Positions 37,801-51,844 of a stretch of DNA of 64,000 nucleotides are shown piece by piece; the stretch's first letter is position 1, and every line of letters begins with the position of its first letter. The notes under the pieces were generated by a model. That model was given only the letters and a program-made list of their open reading frames with translations. It did not search any database and was not told where the DNA came from. The stretch spans positions 173,828 to 237,827 of the forward strand of contig WELA01001035.1 in NCBI GenBank assembly GCA_009602735.1, given 5' to 3'. The stretch comes from Mesotaenium endlicherianum (taxonomy: Eukaryota). Position numbers and translations under genes: made by a program.

Positions 37801-38349
37801 GAACAAGGTCCTAACTATTGCAAGGCACTCCGAGCGTGTGAGTGGGCTGGCCAGCCTCTATATAGTGCGATGCTAAATTACTCGGTTGGGGACATTATTC
37901 TTTGGAGGGAGGTCCTGGACGAATCGAGGGACTAACAGTGCTCTCTCGATCATAACCAACTTAACTTCTGTCGAGAGAGGCCAGTGTGGCCTGTCCCACT
38001 GCATGCGTGCCCACAGGCACCATGCGACCAGACAGGAATACGTCAAAAAATAATGAAAGAATGTACAAAGGAGCACATGCCACGCTTATACGTGCATGCA
38101 GGTGCCTCTCTATACTACAAAGCTATGCTGTTTATAGTCATAGCAGCTGCTAGTCTCACACATTATATATTACACCTTCTAACTTTACAAACATATCAAT
38201 GAGAATCTTCACCCAAGTCCTATTCTGGCAGTCCTACTCCAATGTATTCAATCAACTCTTTGTGACTATGTCTTCATCTTTGAGTTTGACGAGTCAACAC
38301 TGCAGGCACGGCATCTTTTAACTTACAAAAATTTCAGGGCCACGGTCAC

Positions 38350-40220
38350 CTCCTGGAGCCAGCTGGCACCACCTGGCGCATCCTGGCCAGAGGGGGGCGA
38401 GTAACCGTGAGCCAATGACATGGACGACATAACGAGTTCGTTTGCAGGACAGGGCAAATGTGCACGCGCCACCTCTCAGACGTGACAGGTAGCTCGTTCT
38501 AGAAGGGCGTGGTGAATCTTGACGAAGTTCGCGGGGGAGCCAGGGGGGCCTCCTCCAGCTGGCACCTACTCGTACGTAGTAGCCCTCTTGCAGCGCCGCC
38601 AGGTGGCACGTGGCCGCGGGCGGTTGGCGACAGCAGGCAGCCATCCATGGGGTGCCATGCTGGGCAACAGAGCCTCCCCGGGCCCTGGGTGCCGTTGCCG
38701 TGGCAGCCCCTCATCCATCTCATCTGCACCCCTTCAACACTAGTCACAAAACATTCAGATCTCCAGCCAGCTCCGTTACCTCACCTGCACCCCTCCATCC
38801 TTGGCGCCCCACAACGCCCTCTCCTCCCCCCCCCAAAAAAAACTCCACTGTAACTTACGAACACGAGTTCGCGGGCAACAATTCAAAAAGCACCAGGACG
38901 GGTAGGGCCAGAACAGCTGGCGCATGGAGCTCGAGGGATGACCATCTACCCAGGCTCTAGGCGGAAGACAAAACACGTCGCAATGGTGCACCCCCCCGCT
39001 GCAACCCAGATGCAACCCCGGCTCCCCCTTGCGTGTCTGACTGACGAAACGCATCATCACCTTGGAGGAGGGGTGGTGTCGAGGGAGAGCACCGCGGATG
39101 CCCCCGAGTGTAGCGAGGGCGCTCCCCACATTCGGTCGAAGCGCACGGCAGCAACCTTGGCCAGCCGGTTCGCACGTGCTCGACTGGCCTCTTTGCTCAC
39201 GTTTATACACACACGCGCTCAGCTGGCTGCGCCCGCAAATGTGTGTCGCGGTGAGCTGGTTGCTAATCCACGGACAGACAGGTGGCAGACAGGCGGCACA
39301 TGGGTCCGAAGGACAGGTGGCAAACATGTGCCAGACGTGCTCAGCATACAGCATACAGCATACAGGTGGCAGATCATTCAGCAGGCAGTTGGCAGACAGG
39401 TGCAGACAGGCTAAGCAAAAAGGTGGACGACAGGTGGCGGACAGGCGGCGCCACTTGATGGTCTGGCTGCTTTTCAGCATGTATGAATTGGACAATGAAA
39501 CCTCTTCCCCACTCAGAAGAAGCCCACGTCCACGTCAGGAGGGTGCAGGGCGCCATTGGTGAGTGGGGGCGGAGGGCTGGTGGCTGGGCCCTACTATAGG
39601 CTGGCCGCTGCCCGACTCACACCCACCATTCAAGCACACTGACTCTGGCTGACACAGAAGAGCGAGGAAGAACATGTGACAAATTCATTTGAGCAACAAC
39701 AGACCCAATGCAGCGCAGCTAGCCCACGCTGGTTGCTCGCTCGGGGCCGCAGGGGGCTCCAGGCACTCACTAGAGGGCTGCTCGGAGTCAAAGAGCAAAT
39801 GTAACGTGAGTGCAGCAACTTTCAGACTCGGAAAAGCTTGTCAAACGAACATACATCGGGGCCAGTGCCAGCTGGCACTTACTGGTCAACGGGGATTTAC
39901 AATTTGTGCCGTGATGGGGAAGAGGGGACGAGCTTGCAATGTCGGGGCAGGAGGAGCATGCGTATGTGCGTGTGCTCTCTCTTGGACGTGACAGGTGGCT
40001 TGCTCTTGGAGGCCATGACGGGTTCTGACAAAGCTGATGGGGAAGACAGATGGCCTCCTCCAGCTGGCGCCTACTTGCGAGTAGTAGCCCCCTCGCAGCG
40101 CCGCCAGGTTGCCCGTGACGACACGACGACTGGTGGCTGGCGTCAGCAGGCAGCCACGCATATTGTGTCATACTGGGCATGAAAGCCTTCTTGGGCCCTG
40201 AGCGTTGTCGCAGCCGCTCA
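38350..40220 (+). repeat. Diverged ~300-350 bp direct repeat pair (~38350-38710 and ~39860-40220), probably a mobile-element relic
   Basis: Shared blocks GACGTGACAGGT, GGCCTCCTCCAGCTGGCRCCTACT, GTAGTAGCCC, GCAGCGCCGCCAGGT, CAGCAGGCAGCCA and GGGCCCTG occur in the same order in both copies. Confidence 0.75.
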
Positions 40221-41621
40221 GCCAAAAACATTTAATCTCATATCTGCCCATCACTATCGACAAGAGGTGAGGTTCCAGCCAGACATGAAGCCCCCCCTTG
40301 GCGTGCCAACTCCCACACCTTTTGCCATCCCTTCCCCCGCAACCACTTTATTTCAATACATAGACATGATAACAAACAAGGTCAAAAAAAGGAGGGCTGG
40401 CAGGCCATGGCATGCAAGAAACCTGGCAAGTGGAGTCAGAGGCTTGAGTGGGAGACGCATCACGAAGATACATACATACGCTACAACCCCGACTTACTTT
40501 GAGACATCAGCACTTGCTTATGAGGCCTCCCACAAACAGCTCGCAGCAAGGGCTGGCACGCACTCCTGAAATTGGCAGGCAGCCTGACTAGAGCGACACA
40601 GCTAGACAGGATCTGGCAAAGGCGACTTCATTCAAGAACTGCATATCAAGCAGGGATCCCATTTCGGAATTTGGGAGTATCTACGGGTTGTCGCCCATAT
40701 ATTGAATCTCAGGAAGCTGCAGAGTTTAAGAAAATTGAAGCTACTTCTGAAGCTGATGCATGCACGAGCTTGATGCGGCACCATGCATGAAGATAACAGC
40801 GAGTGCTCTGACTGAAGTGCAAATGCCTGTGAAGAGCTCTGTCTAATACTGCCACTGCGTCCTAACAACAAATGGCTTGGCTTGGCGTTCGACTCTTTGT
40901 GTAGGCTAAAACATCGCTACGAATGAACGAGGTGGTGTCAAGGTAGAGAGAGCCTGACGTTGAAGTTGGCAGTAAGCAAAAGTTATTGCGGTTATTTTCC
41001 ATCCGTTTTTTTGTTTCGACATGCAACGGAAACAAACCACCGGAATAATCCGCCTCGTTCTGGCAAAGTTGGTCATAAATAGTCAACAACAAGTCCCATG
41101 TACATGTGTCAGTTCGCCTAGACGGGCCGAAGTTGGAACCGAGCCAAGCCGAGGCGCGCGAGGCAAGCTGGAATATGGTGATGGAGGTAGGGGCCAGGCT
41201 GGGCCCGGCGGAGGGGGAGCGGGAGAGCTGGAGATACTCGTCCTCGACCGTACCGTGTCATACTGCACAACTGTCGTTCTAAAACACCTGTTCGTAAGAC
41301 GTTTATATTCTACATACTCATGAATGCTTGCTTTGTAAGCGAATTAAGAGAGCCTGAGACATCACGACAAGCAATGCATACTATCTGCAAACATGAGCTA
41401 TTTAGAGCTTTCATGAAGTTATTTTGTGCGCATTGCTAACTCTTTACTGTGAAGTTGACGTGTACGTAATTTTCGTGGGAGTTGAATATAAGGAGGCGCT
41501 TTGTGAGCGTTCTGACGTTGTAGAAACGAGGAGAAAGAGCACTGAGTCAATAGTCAGGCTTTTGGAAGCGTGGGTGAGATCATATTCTGCCTGAAGCCTG
41601 TAGGCTGTGAAGTAGTTGGGC

Positions 41622-44289
41622 ATGTCGAGTCCTGAGCAGCTCGTGCTAGAGCTTATCATACCTGAGCAACGGGAGAATGCTCTTCTGGACCTTAGTAAGG
41701 TGAGATATTTCATCTTAGCTACCCGACGAAGCTGCATGCGACAACTGTAGACAGGACATGGTAAAAACCAGCGCTGTTCCTCAGTGGACAGCTTCTATAC
41801 CCATCGTTTTACTCCGAGACTGCTATTAGGTCCTATCACAATGACAAAGCGACCTTGGTGAGTGTGCAGAAAAGGGAAGCCTTCCCAGATCTGGCTCCCA
41901 TCTTGTGGCACTCCTGCGGCACTATAGCGGCCCTGCTTCAGGTAGTAGGATTATCCAAAGTAGAGCCTAAGCTGCGTCTTTCCGAGCCTGCCTCCGTTGC
42001 ATTGTGCCATCTCATTGCTGGAGCCCCAATACGTGGTGGACATCAAGAGTGCCAGAGATGCATTGTATGTAGTCCAGCCCTATTGCAGGATGGCACAGCC
42101 AGGACTATTGTAGCTGCCTTTGCTAGGTGGATAGGCGAGCTGGCCGTGAGAAGGACGCCCTCATGTGACCCCAAGGTGCAATCAGTGGGCTATCGTGAGG
42201 TGTGGAACTGATGTACTATGAGGTTGCGAGTGGGTAACATGCACATCGTGCCTTTGTGTGAATCCTTCCGACTCGCTTTCCCGATTTTGATGGGGGTTTT
42301 TTTTATGGGCCCATGTTAGGTTTTTGGTGATATGAGGAAATTGGGAAGATGTGATAGCGAAATGGTCGTGTCGGTGCAGGAAATAGTGTCCATATATCCC
42401 ATGCTGTCGCCGCCCACACTCACAGCGGGCGCTTCCAACAGAGTGTGCAACGCTCTCGCTCTTCTGCAGGTGAGAACGGGTGGTGGTGCCCTAGCCCTCT
42501 CCCTATGGCCTCTTTTGTCACTTAGGCCCCAGCAGCAGCAGCAGCGACAGTAGGGACCACTTATGCATGCACTTGCATGGCCTCCTTCTCGTCCTTGTGC
42601 CTGACGACGATGACGATGAGTAGAAAGCAGTGCATTAACCATGGGGTTCTTCTAAACCCGCTCTAAGGGCGCAAGTTGATGCGATGAAGTGTCGGGCTGT
42701 TGTTGCTGCTGCAGTGTGTGGCATCGCACTCGGAGACTCGCACTCTCTTCCTACAAGGTGAGCATGCCCCTCCTTCCATGCTCCACCTCGCAGTACGCAT
42801 CAGGAAGATGAGAAGCCCCGTTGTGTGGCTGCTATGTGAGCACTCCATTCCTTGCTGGTCAGAGACAGCTGCTGCTGCTGCTGTTCAGAGAGAGAGAGAG
42901 AGAGAGGGTATGCATGCACCATCACCGGAATCGTGACTGGCGTGTGGGCTGGGTGGGATGTGTGGGCGGCGGCACGGCAGCGCATATTCCCCTCTATCTG
43001 TACCCGTTTCTGAACACTGTCAGCAAGACACGCCCCTTCGAGTACCTGCGGCTGACCAGCCTGGGCGTGATTGGCGCCCTTGTCAAGGTACGCCCTAGCC
43101 CCAATTTGCAAATTTCACCAGCGTGGGCACCATAGGTGCGGCAGCTGCAGCAGGAGTGAGCATGATGCTGAAGGGTTTTGTCTGGCATGTACGTACATGC
43201 AGGTGGACGATACGGAGGTCATCAACTTCCTGCTATCCACTGAGATCATACCCCTGTGCTTGCGCACAATGGAAATGGGCAGTGAGCTCTCCAAAACTGT
43301 AAGTGTTGGTCTCCTCGTTGTCGAGTCACTCTGAATAAGCACTCGCGCGTAGCATGCATGCATGCTGCTAGGTGTCGTTCCGTGCAAGAGCGGCGTAACA
43401 CGTAGTCTTGTGCCTCCCTCCTCGAGGTTTTGGGCAATTGCAGCTGGCTGCCTCTTGTTTGCCTGCTGACCATCCGAGGGTGACTGTGTGCCGTGGTTTG
43501 ATCAGGTGGCGACATTCATAGTGCAAAAGATATTGCTAGATGATGTGGGTCTCTCCTACATCTGTGCCACTGCGGAGCGCTTCTTCGCAGTGGGGGCGGT
43601 GCTGTCCAGCATGGTGCAGATGCTGGCGGAGGTGCCGTCTGTGCGCCTCCTGAAGCACATCATCCGCTGCTATCTCCGGCTCTCTGACAACGCCAGGTGC
43701 TCCCATTAATTCCTGCGTTCAGAACATACTTGACATAGCTGCTAGCCTGTGTCTTGGAAAGCTCAGTCCTAAAGTGCAACCTTGTACGGCACAGTCTGTT
43801 GCTGTCGTGTTGCTAGCAACTTGGGGGGTGCTCTCTTGCTGGAAGCTTGCCATGGCTGACGGCGAACGGGGGTGGTGCTTGCTGCTCCATGCATCTTTTG
43901 AGCAGGGCGTGTGAAGCTTTGAGGCAGTGCTTGCCTGATCTATTGCGCGACCGAACTTTTGAAAGCTGCCTACGGGTAGGTTCCCTGCCCAATGTTGCTG
44001 CTTATTGCCGTCATCAATTGCCCAGTGTGGAGCATCAATCATGGGAGCAATATAATTATATGCCTTTTATGTTGCCATTCATTTAGAGGGTAGTCTTACC
44101 AGAATCAGCATGTCCTTCACAAGGTTCTTCTTGCGGTTTTCGTGGCAGGACGATGTGACAACTAAGAGGTGGTTACAGCAATTGCTGCAAAATGTGGGTC
44201 CTCCGGTCCAGCCGCATCAGCAACAAAGAATCGTTGGAAGCATGCAGCAGATGCCTGTCATGGATCAGCTCACCCCTATCTCCTTGTGA
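41622..44289 (+). CDS. CNOT9: CCR4-NOT subunit 9 (Rcd1/Caf40); 9 coding exons
   Basis: [69 protein letters not shown]..|[36 protein letters not shown]|..[37 protein letters not shown]. Stop at 44287-44289. Confidence 0.97.
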
Positions 44290-45337
44290 CTTCCAAGTCT
44301 GCAAGCTCCTTGATAAGAGCCGAGCTATGAAGATACGTTTTCAGGGGTGTTTAAAAAGCTCGACGCCTATTTTGCACCCCAATGTCATGCAACTAGTGGA
44401 ATGTTCAGGAAGGCCCCCCTCTAGATGGTGGTCTATCATGGTGCTTGTATGCTGCGATACAGTGCACGTGTACAGTATCACATGTGCTGCGCGCACGAAA
44501 CGTGCATCATTAAAAAGTCTTTTGGTGTTTAATAAGTCCAATGGCCCCGTTGCAACTTTGTGTGTTTAGCGGCTTCCTTCTGAGTGGATAGTGTGAATTA
44601 CAACCATCACCCACCTTTGCTTGCAACTTAATTTTGTCGTAGCCTGCATGACCTAGGGTACCTTCGTAACAAGCTATCACCATCATTACCCCCTTAGATG
44701 CTCAAGTCAAAAGTGAGAAGCTGTTACATAGTTTTTATGACTATGATAATCCAGGATCCGTATGTCAAGGCATGAAACATGGTGCACAAATAGATTGTTG
44801 CCGAAGATAGCGTACTAATATCCATTAAACCTTTTCACGGGTTTATTTGCCTAGTATACCCTACACAAGGAGCCGCCTACTACTTACATCGGAAAAAAAA
44901 GGCAAGCTCCTCCTGCCCTCGTCTCCTCTAATGAAGCTACTCAAATGTTTTCTTATTGTACATGGGTGCAAGTAGGAGCCAAGGTAGAGCTATATACCTA
45001 CAACTTATATGGAGCTTAATCTAGAGCCAAAAAGAAGATGCTTGGCCATCAAAGACTGAACGTTTTAGTGAAAAGGAGTCTGTCATCTGGCAGGCAAATG
45101 CTGTGAGGGGGAGAGAGAGAGAGAGGATTTGGTCTGGCTGCCAGCCGGGCTGCAGTTACATCTACTGAACACTTTTACCTGTGATTGGGTCGGAAACCCT
45201 AATTACAAAACAGAACGACATTCTAACTATAGCTACGACGCGCATGTAACACCCCGCGGCTTTCCTTGCAAGCAATCGTCCAGACGAACACGGAGACCAC
45301 TGCAGAAAAACATGCAGCTGTGTCGGAGCTCATCAGC

Positions 45338-47492
45338 TCATCGACATTCTCGAAGCAAGTACATTGAAGGGCTGAAGGGCTCCAGGGAGTTGCCGACGTG
45401 GATGTCCTGCTCGCCGTTCATCTGCAGATCTGACGACAGGGGCTGCATGATGACCGGCGTGCCCATGCTGAAAATGTCGTGAGCGCTGAACTCTGGCATC
45501 TGCAGCGGCTGCCACACATGAGAAAAACGACACTTTAAAAGGGATATTGTCAAATCTACTGGGCACTACAACCGCAAGAGCAACCTCTGACTATCTCGCA
45601 CAAAAAAATACACACACACACACACACTTCGCGTGTACGCTAGATCCACTCATGCAGCCACACGCGCATACACGTCACAACAGAGGGAAAGTCAGCACCA
45701 CACCCACACGTACGGATGAGAGAGAGAGAGAGAGCGCACTGGGGGAGACAAGGGGCAGTGTCTCGGGCAGGACAACTTACAGACATCCAGCTCGTTGCTT
45801 GCAGGGGGGTGGTCTGCACCAGGACCTTATTCTCCCTGTCATCAGCTGGGTCTCCGCTCTCTTTCAGGAGAACAGCAGCCTTCGCCTTCCCCCTCATGTC
45901 ACCCTCGTTTGCCATGGTGCCGTCGCCGCCAATGCCGCCGCCCCCGCACTCCAACCCGGAAAGTGACAAGTTCATGTTGTCGTCGCAGAACACGCCGCAC
46001 ATCATATCGTCCTCCATGGCCGAAGGAGGGGGGAGGGAAGGGACAGGAGCAGTAGCACCAGCACCAGCAGCAGCAGGAGGAGGAAAAGCCGAGCCGGAGG
46101 CGCCGTACACTCCCTTGCCACCGCGGCCGCTGTTTTCGCCAGCCTGGCACAGGGGCGGCAGGGGCAGGGGCAGGGGCAGAGGCAGGGGCAGAGACAGAGG
46201 CGCCAGGTGCGAGTGCGAGCGCAGCTGCGCATGCGTGTGAGGATGGGGGTGGGGGTGCGGGTGCGGGGGGAGGGCCGGGGGCTGCCGGCTGCTGCTGCTG
46301 CTGGGGCCGCCATCGTTGCCGCCGGCCGAGAGGAGAAGCTCCTGGGCCTGCGAGTAGACGGGCTGTGCACGCTCGTCGAAGTGGCGCTGCACCCCCAGCG
46401 CGTCCTGCGGCATCTCCGGAGTCTCTGCCAGCAGCTCCTCTACGTCCTGAGCAGACACACACACACACAGACACACACAGGCACAAACACACATAGGCAC
46501 ATCAGCAGGCACAGACATGCACACACGCACGTACATACACATACAAATGCACGCACGCAGGCACGCAAAAACACACGTGTGCCCCCGGGGGGAGAGAGAA
46601 TGAGAGGGAGTGAGCATGCAGGCTTTCCAGATGTGCATGTCGAGAGTGCACAGGGGCGCATGGGGAAGGGCTAGGGACAGAGAGCTTCTTGCATATGCGC
46701 AAGTAGGCACGTGGAGGGGAGGAAGGGCATGCGCACATGCGAATGAGAGAGCACGACCAGGAGCAACATGACAAAGAGCACGCTCGTGCAGAGCCGGAGG
46801 TGAGCATCTCCAGGCCCTGCCACTGAGATGTAAGCAGCCGCTTGCGCACACCCACATTGCAGAGGATTGAAATCCTGCCATCCAGAGTAAAGATTGGAAC
46901 ATGTGTGCACATACCCCAAACAAACGAGCCACAAGAATACATGATCTTTCTTCTGTACTTGTGCGTCATGTGCGGCATGTGCGCCATGTGCGCCATGTGC
47001 GCCATGTGCGCCATGTGCGTGTCTGTTGCGTGCATCTGACAAACAATTACCTGGAAATGGAGCTGGACGCTGAAGCGGGGCGAGGCAAAGTGGGGGTCGA
47101 GCTTGCAGGGCATCTTCCACAGGCCACCCGGCGACTCCATGCTGTCCTGTCGAAACACGCTGTTGACGCTGCACCCATTTGCCCATTTCCGGTGTCAGCA
47201 GACCGGGATAGCTTCGGTATGCTAAGACCGCACTCTGAGGCCACAACAGCACGGCGCTGCCACCTGGCGGAGCACGGCAGAGGGCTGGCAGTCCACGGCT
47301 GCCATGGGTGCCCATAGGCACTGCCGTCTTGCCATGCGGACCACACGATGTACTCGGCAAAACTCGTGATATAAATACATGCATGTATAAGCAAGTAACA
47401 CAAAACCATCTCTATATTCATGCCACATTCAAATGAACACGCATCCACATGTTTTGCATGCCTGCATGCAAGCGCGTGCCTGCAACAGACAC

Positions 47493-47537
<45 letters not shown>

Positions 47538-50500
47538 ATGCCCTTTCATGAGGCAGACCAACGCAGAGAGCCAGCCCGCAGCGAGCGCAGCCCAGGAGAG
47601 GCAGGGAGCGAGCAGAGCAGAGCGGAGCAGAGCAGTCGGGAGAAGGCTCACAAGCTGGCGTCTTCCGCATCCAGGAGGCCCCCGGCCCCCGCCCCGGCCC
47701 CGCCCGCTATCCCGGCTGAGGCCAGGACGGCTGGCGACGCGATGTGGAGCGAGCTCCAGGTGGGCGACATGAGGAACGCGCCCACTGCTGGGCTGGGGCA
47801 CAGCGAGTCCATGCCCGACCGGAAGTCGCTGAAGCCCAGCCTCACCAGGCTGTCGAGGCCGCAGTGCCGGTTCACGCTCCACCCCCCGCCCAGCCGGGAG
47901 GCGCCAGGTGTCCGCGTCCCCGCACCCTCGCTGCCCGGGCCTCCCCTTAAGCCGCCGCCTGGGGCCGCTGGGCCTCCGGAGCCGCCGCCGCCGCCGGGCG
48001 GCGGCGTCATCGCGCCGAAGACTGCCCCTTTGAGGTTGCTGGGCGAGGCGATGTCGGCCCCCAGAAATTCGCCACCTGCTGCGTTGTCGCTATCCCTGGC
48101 GGCGCCGCCCCCTGCGCCGCCCACCGAGGTGCCGAGGGAAGCGCCCCGCAGGAGGACAGCTGGGGGGCAATCAACAAGCACGTTGTTGAGGGGCTGCTCT
48201 GTCAGCACTTGCTCGCTGAGGAACGCCGTCGCCAGCTGCATCTGCCACATCAGTGCGAAGGGGAGGGGGATCAAGGTCAGCCCCGTGCCGACACGTGGCA
48301 CGTACGCACTCACGACCCCCCGGCTCTGCATGAAGGCAGATGGCAGCAGGCAAGGTGCAACACAATATTCCAGAAGCAGAAAGGTGGGTTGACCCTGAGG
48401 GCGGGTGGTGGATGGCTCCCTCACAAGCCAGGTGGCAGATGAGAAAAGGTTTGTGCATCTAGTCATTCTCCGGCCACTTGGTCGCATGCCAAGGCCAGCA
48501 CCAACATGACAGAGCTCAGTGCCTCCCTACCCCCCCCCGTCACTCCAGCCAGAGAGGAAACAGCAGGCACACCCTCAGATATGCACAACTGCGAACACGC
48601 TCTCTCCAGCGCGACTCGGGGCCCAAACCAAACCCCCAGAGGGAGGAAGACAATTTGTGGGAGGCTATAAGGAGCCCACGGGGGGGGGGGGGGGGGGGGG
48701 TGAGGAGCAGCCGCACCTTAGGCCCGGCCAGGCCGCGCGCGCCCAGCCCCGACAGGTTCTGGTTCTCAAAGCCGTCGTGCGTGCGCCAGCCGCCGCCGCT
48801 CCCCTGGCCCACCATCATCTTGCGCTGCGACTTGTTCCCCCTCCACCTGTCCTCCCCCGGGCTGCCGCCCCCCCGGCTCCCGCCGCCGCCGTTAGCAGGC
48901 ACCCCCCCGGGGCCTATGCTTGCGGGTCTCTTGGCATTCCCGGCCGCTCCCTCCTCCACGCCCTCCCTCCTAAGGTGGTGCTGCTGCTGCTGCTGGTGCT
49001 GGCCCCTCAGCTGGAAGCTGGCGCTCTGTGCACTGCTGCCCTCTGGCTGCCGCTGCTGCTGCTGGTGAAAGGCGCCCCGCCCTGTGAGCATGCTGTGGTG
49101 CTTGCTCCTGTGGGCGTAGGGCGGGGAGACCAGCACCATCGAATGGTTCGGGCTGAACAGGGCGCCGTTGCCGCCGCCGCCGCCACTGCTCCCTCCAACC
49201 CCGCCATCTCCCCCTCGTCGCTCTCCACCTCCTCCTCCTCCTCCCACGCCGCCGCCACCGCCCCCCGCCCCGCTGCGAGCAGCAGCAGCAGAAGGCTTCC
49301 TCTTGACGCCGACGCCGCCGCGGCCGTTTCCCCTGCCACTGGCCTCCCCACCCGCTCGGCCACCGCCCGCGCTGCAGTCGCTGCCGGGGGGGGTGGGGTC
49401 GGGCGTGCTCACACCTTCTCCTCCGACTCCTCCTTCGGCGCCGCCGCCGCCACCATCATCGTCAATCTCCATCATGGCGTTGCCCGCGGGCTCCTGCGCG
49501 CGCGCACCGCACGGGCTGGCGGCGGCCTCGATGCCCGTTGGGCGGCTGCTCTCGCAGAGCTTTGCGGGGGAGTCCTCCTCCGCAGCCAGCCGAGCGAGCT
49601 CGCGCAGACAGCTGTCCTCCCCGCTGTCATTTCCGCCGCTGTTTGCCGCCGCGTCTCCTCCCTTGCCTTCTTTGCCTGCGCCGCCTCCTCCTCCTCCTCT
49701 ACCTGCGCCTAACCCTTCCGCGCCATTGGTGCAGGCCATGTCGACGCGCGAGGAGAGGTTGAGCGCCACGGCATCTTTGGCGCGCGCCAGGTCAGTGCTG
49801 CTGCGGCGGCCGGCGGGCCCCAGCGGCGACGGCGACGACAGGTGGCCAAAGGCAATGCCGAGCGGCGACAGGTGGTCGTCCGGCAGGAGCCGCCGCCGCT
49901 TGCGCAGGATGGACGGCGTGGAGCGGAACGTCTTCGCCGCACTGCGTAGCTTCGACGCCGACAGCGGCGTCTCCTGCTGCTGCTGCTGCGGCTGCTGCTG
50001 CTGGTGGCGGTGCGGGGACTGGTGCTGCTGGTGCTGGGGGCTGCTCATCAGGAGGCTGGCCCCCATGCCCACGCCCAGTAGGGGCAGGGGCAGGGGGGAC
50101 ACGCTGGGGTAGCTGAGGGGGGTGCTGCACAGGGTGGGGAGGATCTGGCGCACCCCCAGGGGGCTGTACATGAGCCGCGTGGCGTCGGAGGGGCTCGCCA
50201 GGTGGTATGCCTGGAACGGCTGCATCGTCATCATGTCATTCTCCAGCTGCAGCATGGGAGGCTCGTAGTACATGGAGTCGTCCAGCTGGCACGGCGGGGG
50301 CCCGCCGCTGTCCAGCTGGCACGCTTCTTCGAGGGCAAGTGGCATCTTGTACTCGCTGATGGCCAGCCTGGCCGCCCGGAACAGGGCCTCCTCCTCCTCC
50401 TCCCGCTGCCCCTCCTGCTGCTGCTGCTGCTGCAGCTGCTGCAGCTGCTCCCTTGTCCCTTCACGACGGCAAGGGTCACGTCCGCCTGGCACCACCGCGA

Positions 50501-51243
50501 GGCAGCTGTCATCGCCGTCATCGTCGTGGCTGACACATGTCGACCTCACGCTGATCTGCTCCGTTAGGTTCTCCTCCTCCGTCTCCCGTGCCGAGTGAAG
50601 AGCAGCGGCAGCGGCCGCAGAGGCAGCGGCGGCGGCAACGGCGGCGGCAGCCGCTGCATCTCCAGCAGTTGCAGACTTCCTGGCGGGCCCCCTAATCTTG
50701 GGGTAGCTGAAGTGCGAAGGCAGCGCTGCGCCCAGTAGGGGGCTGCCATGTGGACCTGTCTCCGCCAGCGTGCTGCGCGTTGCGTCAGCAGCAGCCGCCG
50801 CTGATGTGGCGGCGGCCTCGTCTGTCTGCGTGGCATCCACAGGCAGAGGCAGCTCACCCGCGCCCGCAATCCGCTGCTGCTGCTGCTGCTGCTGCGGCTG
50901 CCCAGAAAACCGGGGCAGGGCCGGGATGGGGCCCGAGAACGTGCACAGCGCAGCAAGCGCTGCCAGCGAGGCCGGGAAGCCGGGCGGCAGCTCGGCGGCC
51001 GTAAAGGCGGGCGGCAGGCCCGCGACGGACACGGGCAGCGGCGCAGGCGGGGGGATGAGCGACTTGGGCACGGGCGCCAGCGGGATGTCGGCGGCGGTGG
51101 GCAGCGGGTACGAGCTGGGGATGAGGGGCACGGGCGGGAAGCGAGCGGGCGGCAGCAGCTCCAGCCCCGCCAGGCCCTGCTGCTGCAGCTGCTGCAGCTG
51201 CAGATGCAGGGGCAAGGGCAGCCCCAGCCCCAGCCCCAGCGGG

Positions 51244-51276
<33 letters not shown>

Positions 51277-51810
51277 GGGGGCTGCTGCTGGTCTAGAGGC
51301 ACGCCCTCCTCCTGCTGCTGCTGCACAGCGGCGGCGGCGTCGCCGCTGCTGCAGCGGGGGGGGGTGCGCGCGGGGAACGCGGGCCTAGGCGGCCGCGCGG
51401 GTTTGCCCGAGGCCGCTGACACCGACGCGTCGTTGCTAGTGGCCGTCCGCTCACTCTTGCTGCTCTCCTGCCGCCGCAACGCCGCTCCGCCCCCGCCCTT
51501 GGCCTTGCCCTTGCTCCCAACCCCACNNNNNNNNNNNNNNNNNNNNNNNNNNNNNNNNNNNNNNNNNNNNNNNNNNNNNNNNNNNNNNNNNNNNNNNNNN
51601 NNNNNNNNNNNNNNNNNNNNNNNNNNNNNNNNNNNNNNNNNNNNNNNNNNNNNNNNNNNNNNNNNNNNNNNNNNNNNNNNNNNNNNNNNNNNNNNNNNNN
51701 NNNNNNNNNNNNNNNNNNNNNNNNNNNNNNNNNNNNNNNNNNNNNNNNNNNNNNNNNNNNCCCTCCCGTGCCGCCTCCACCTCCCCCTCCTCCTCCTGCA
51801 TGCAGCAACT

Positions 51811-51844
<34 letters not shown>

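Noticed and set aside
39274..39452. Repeat-spacer pattern considered as CRISPR-like
   Set aside because: Repeats are only ~9 bp with irregular short spacers, in a eukaryotic context with no cas genes.
51527..51760. Apparent frameshift in MYB3R across the N-gap
   Set aside because: Gap length is only an estimate, so this is not evidence of pseudogenisation.
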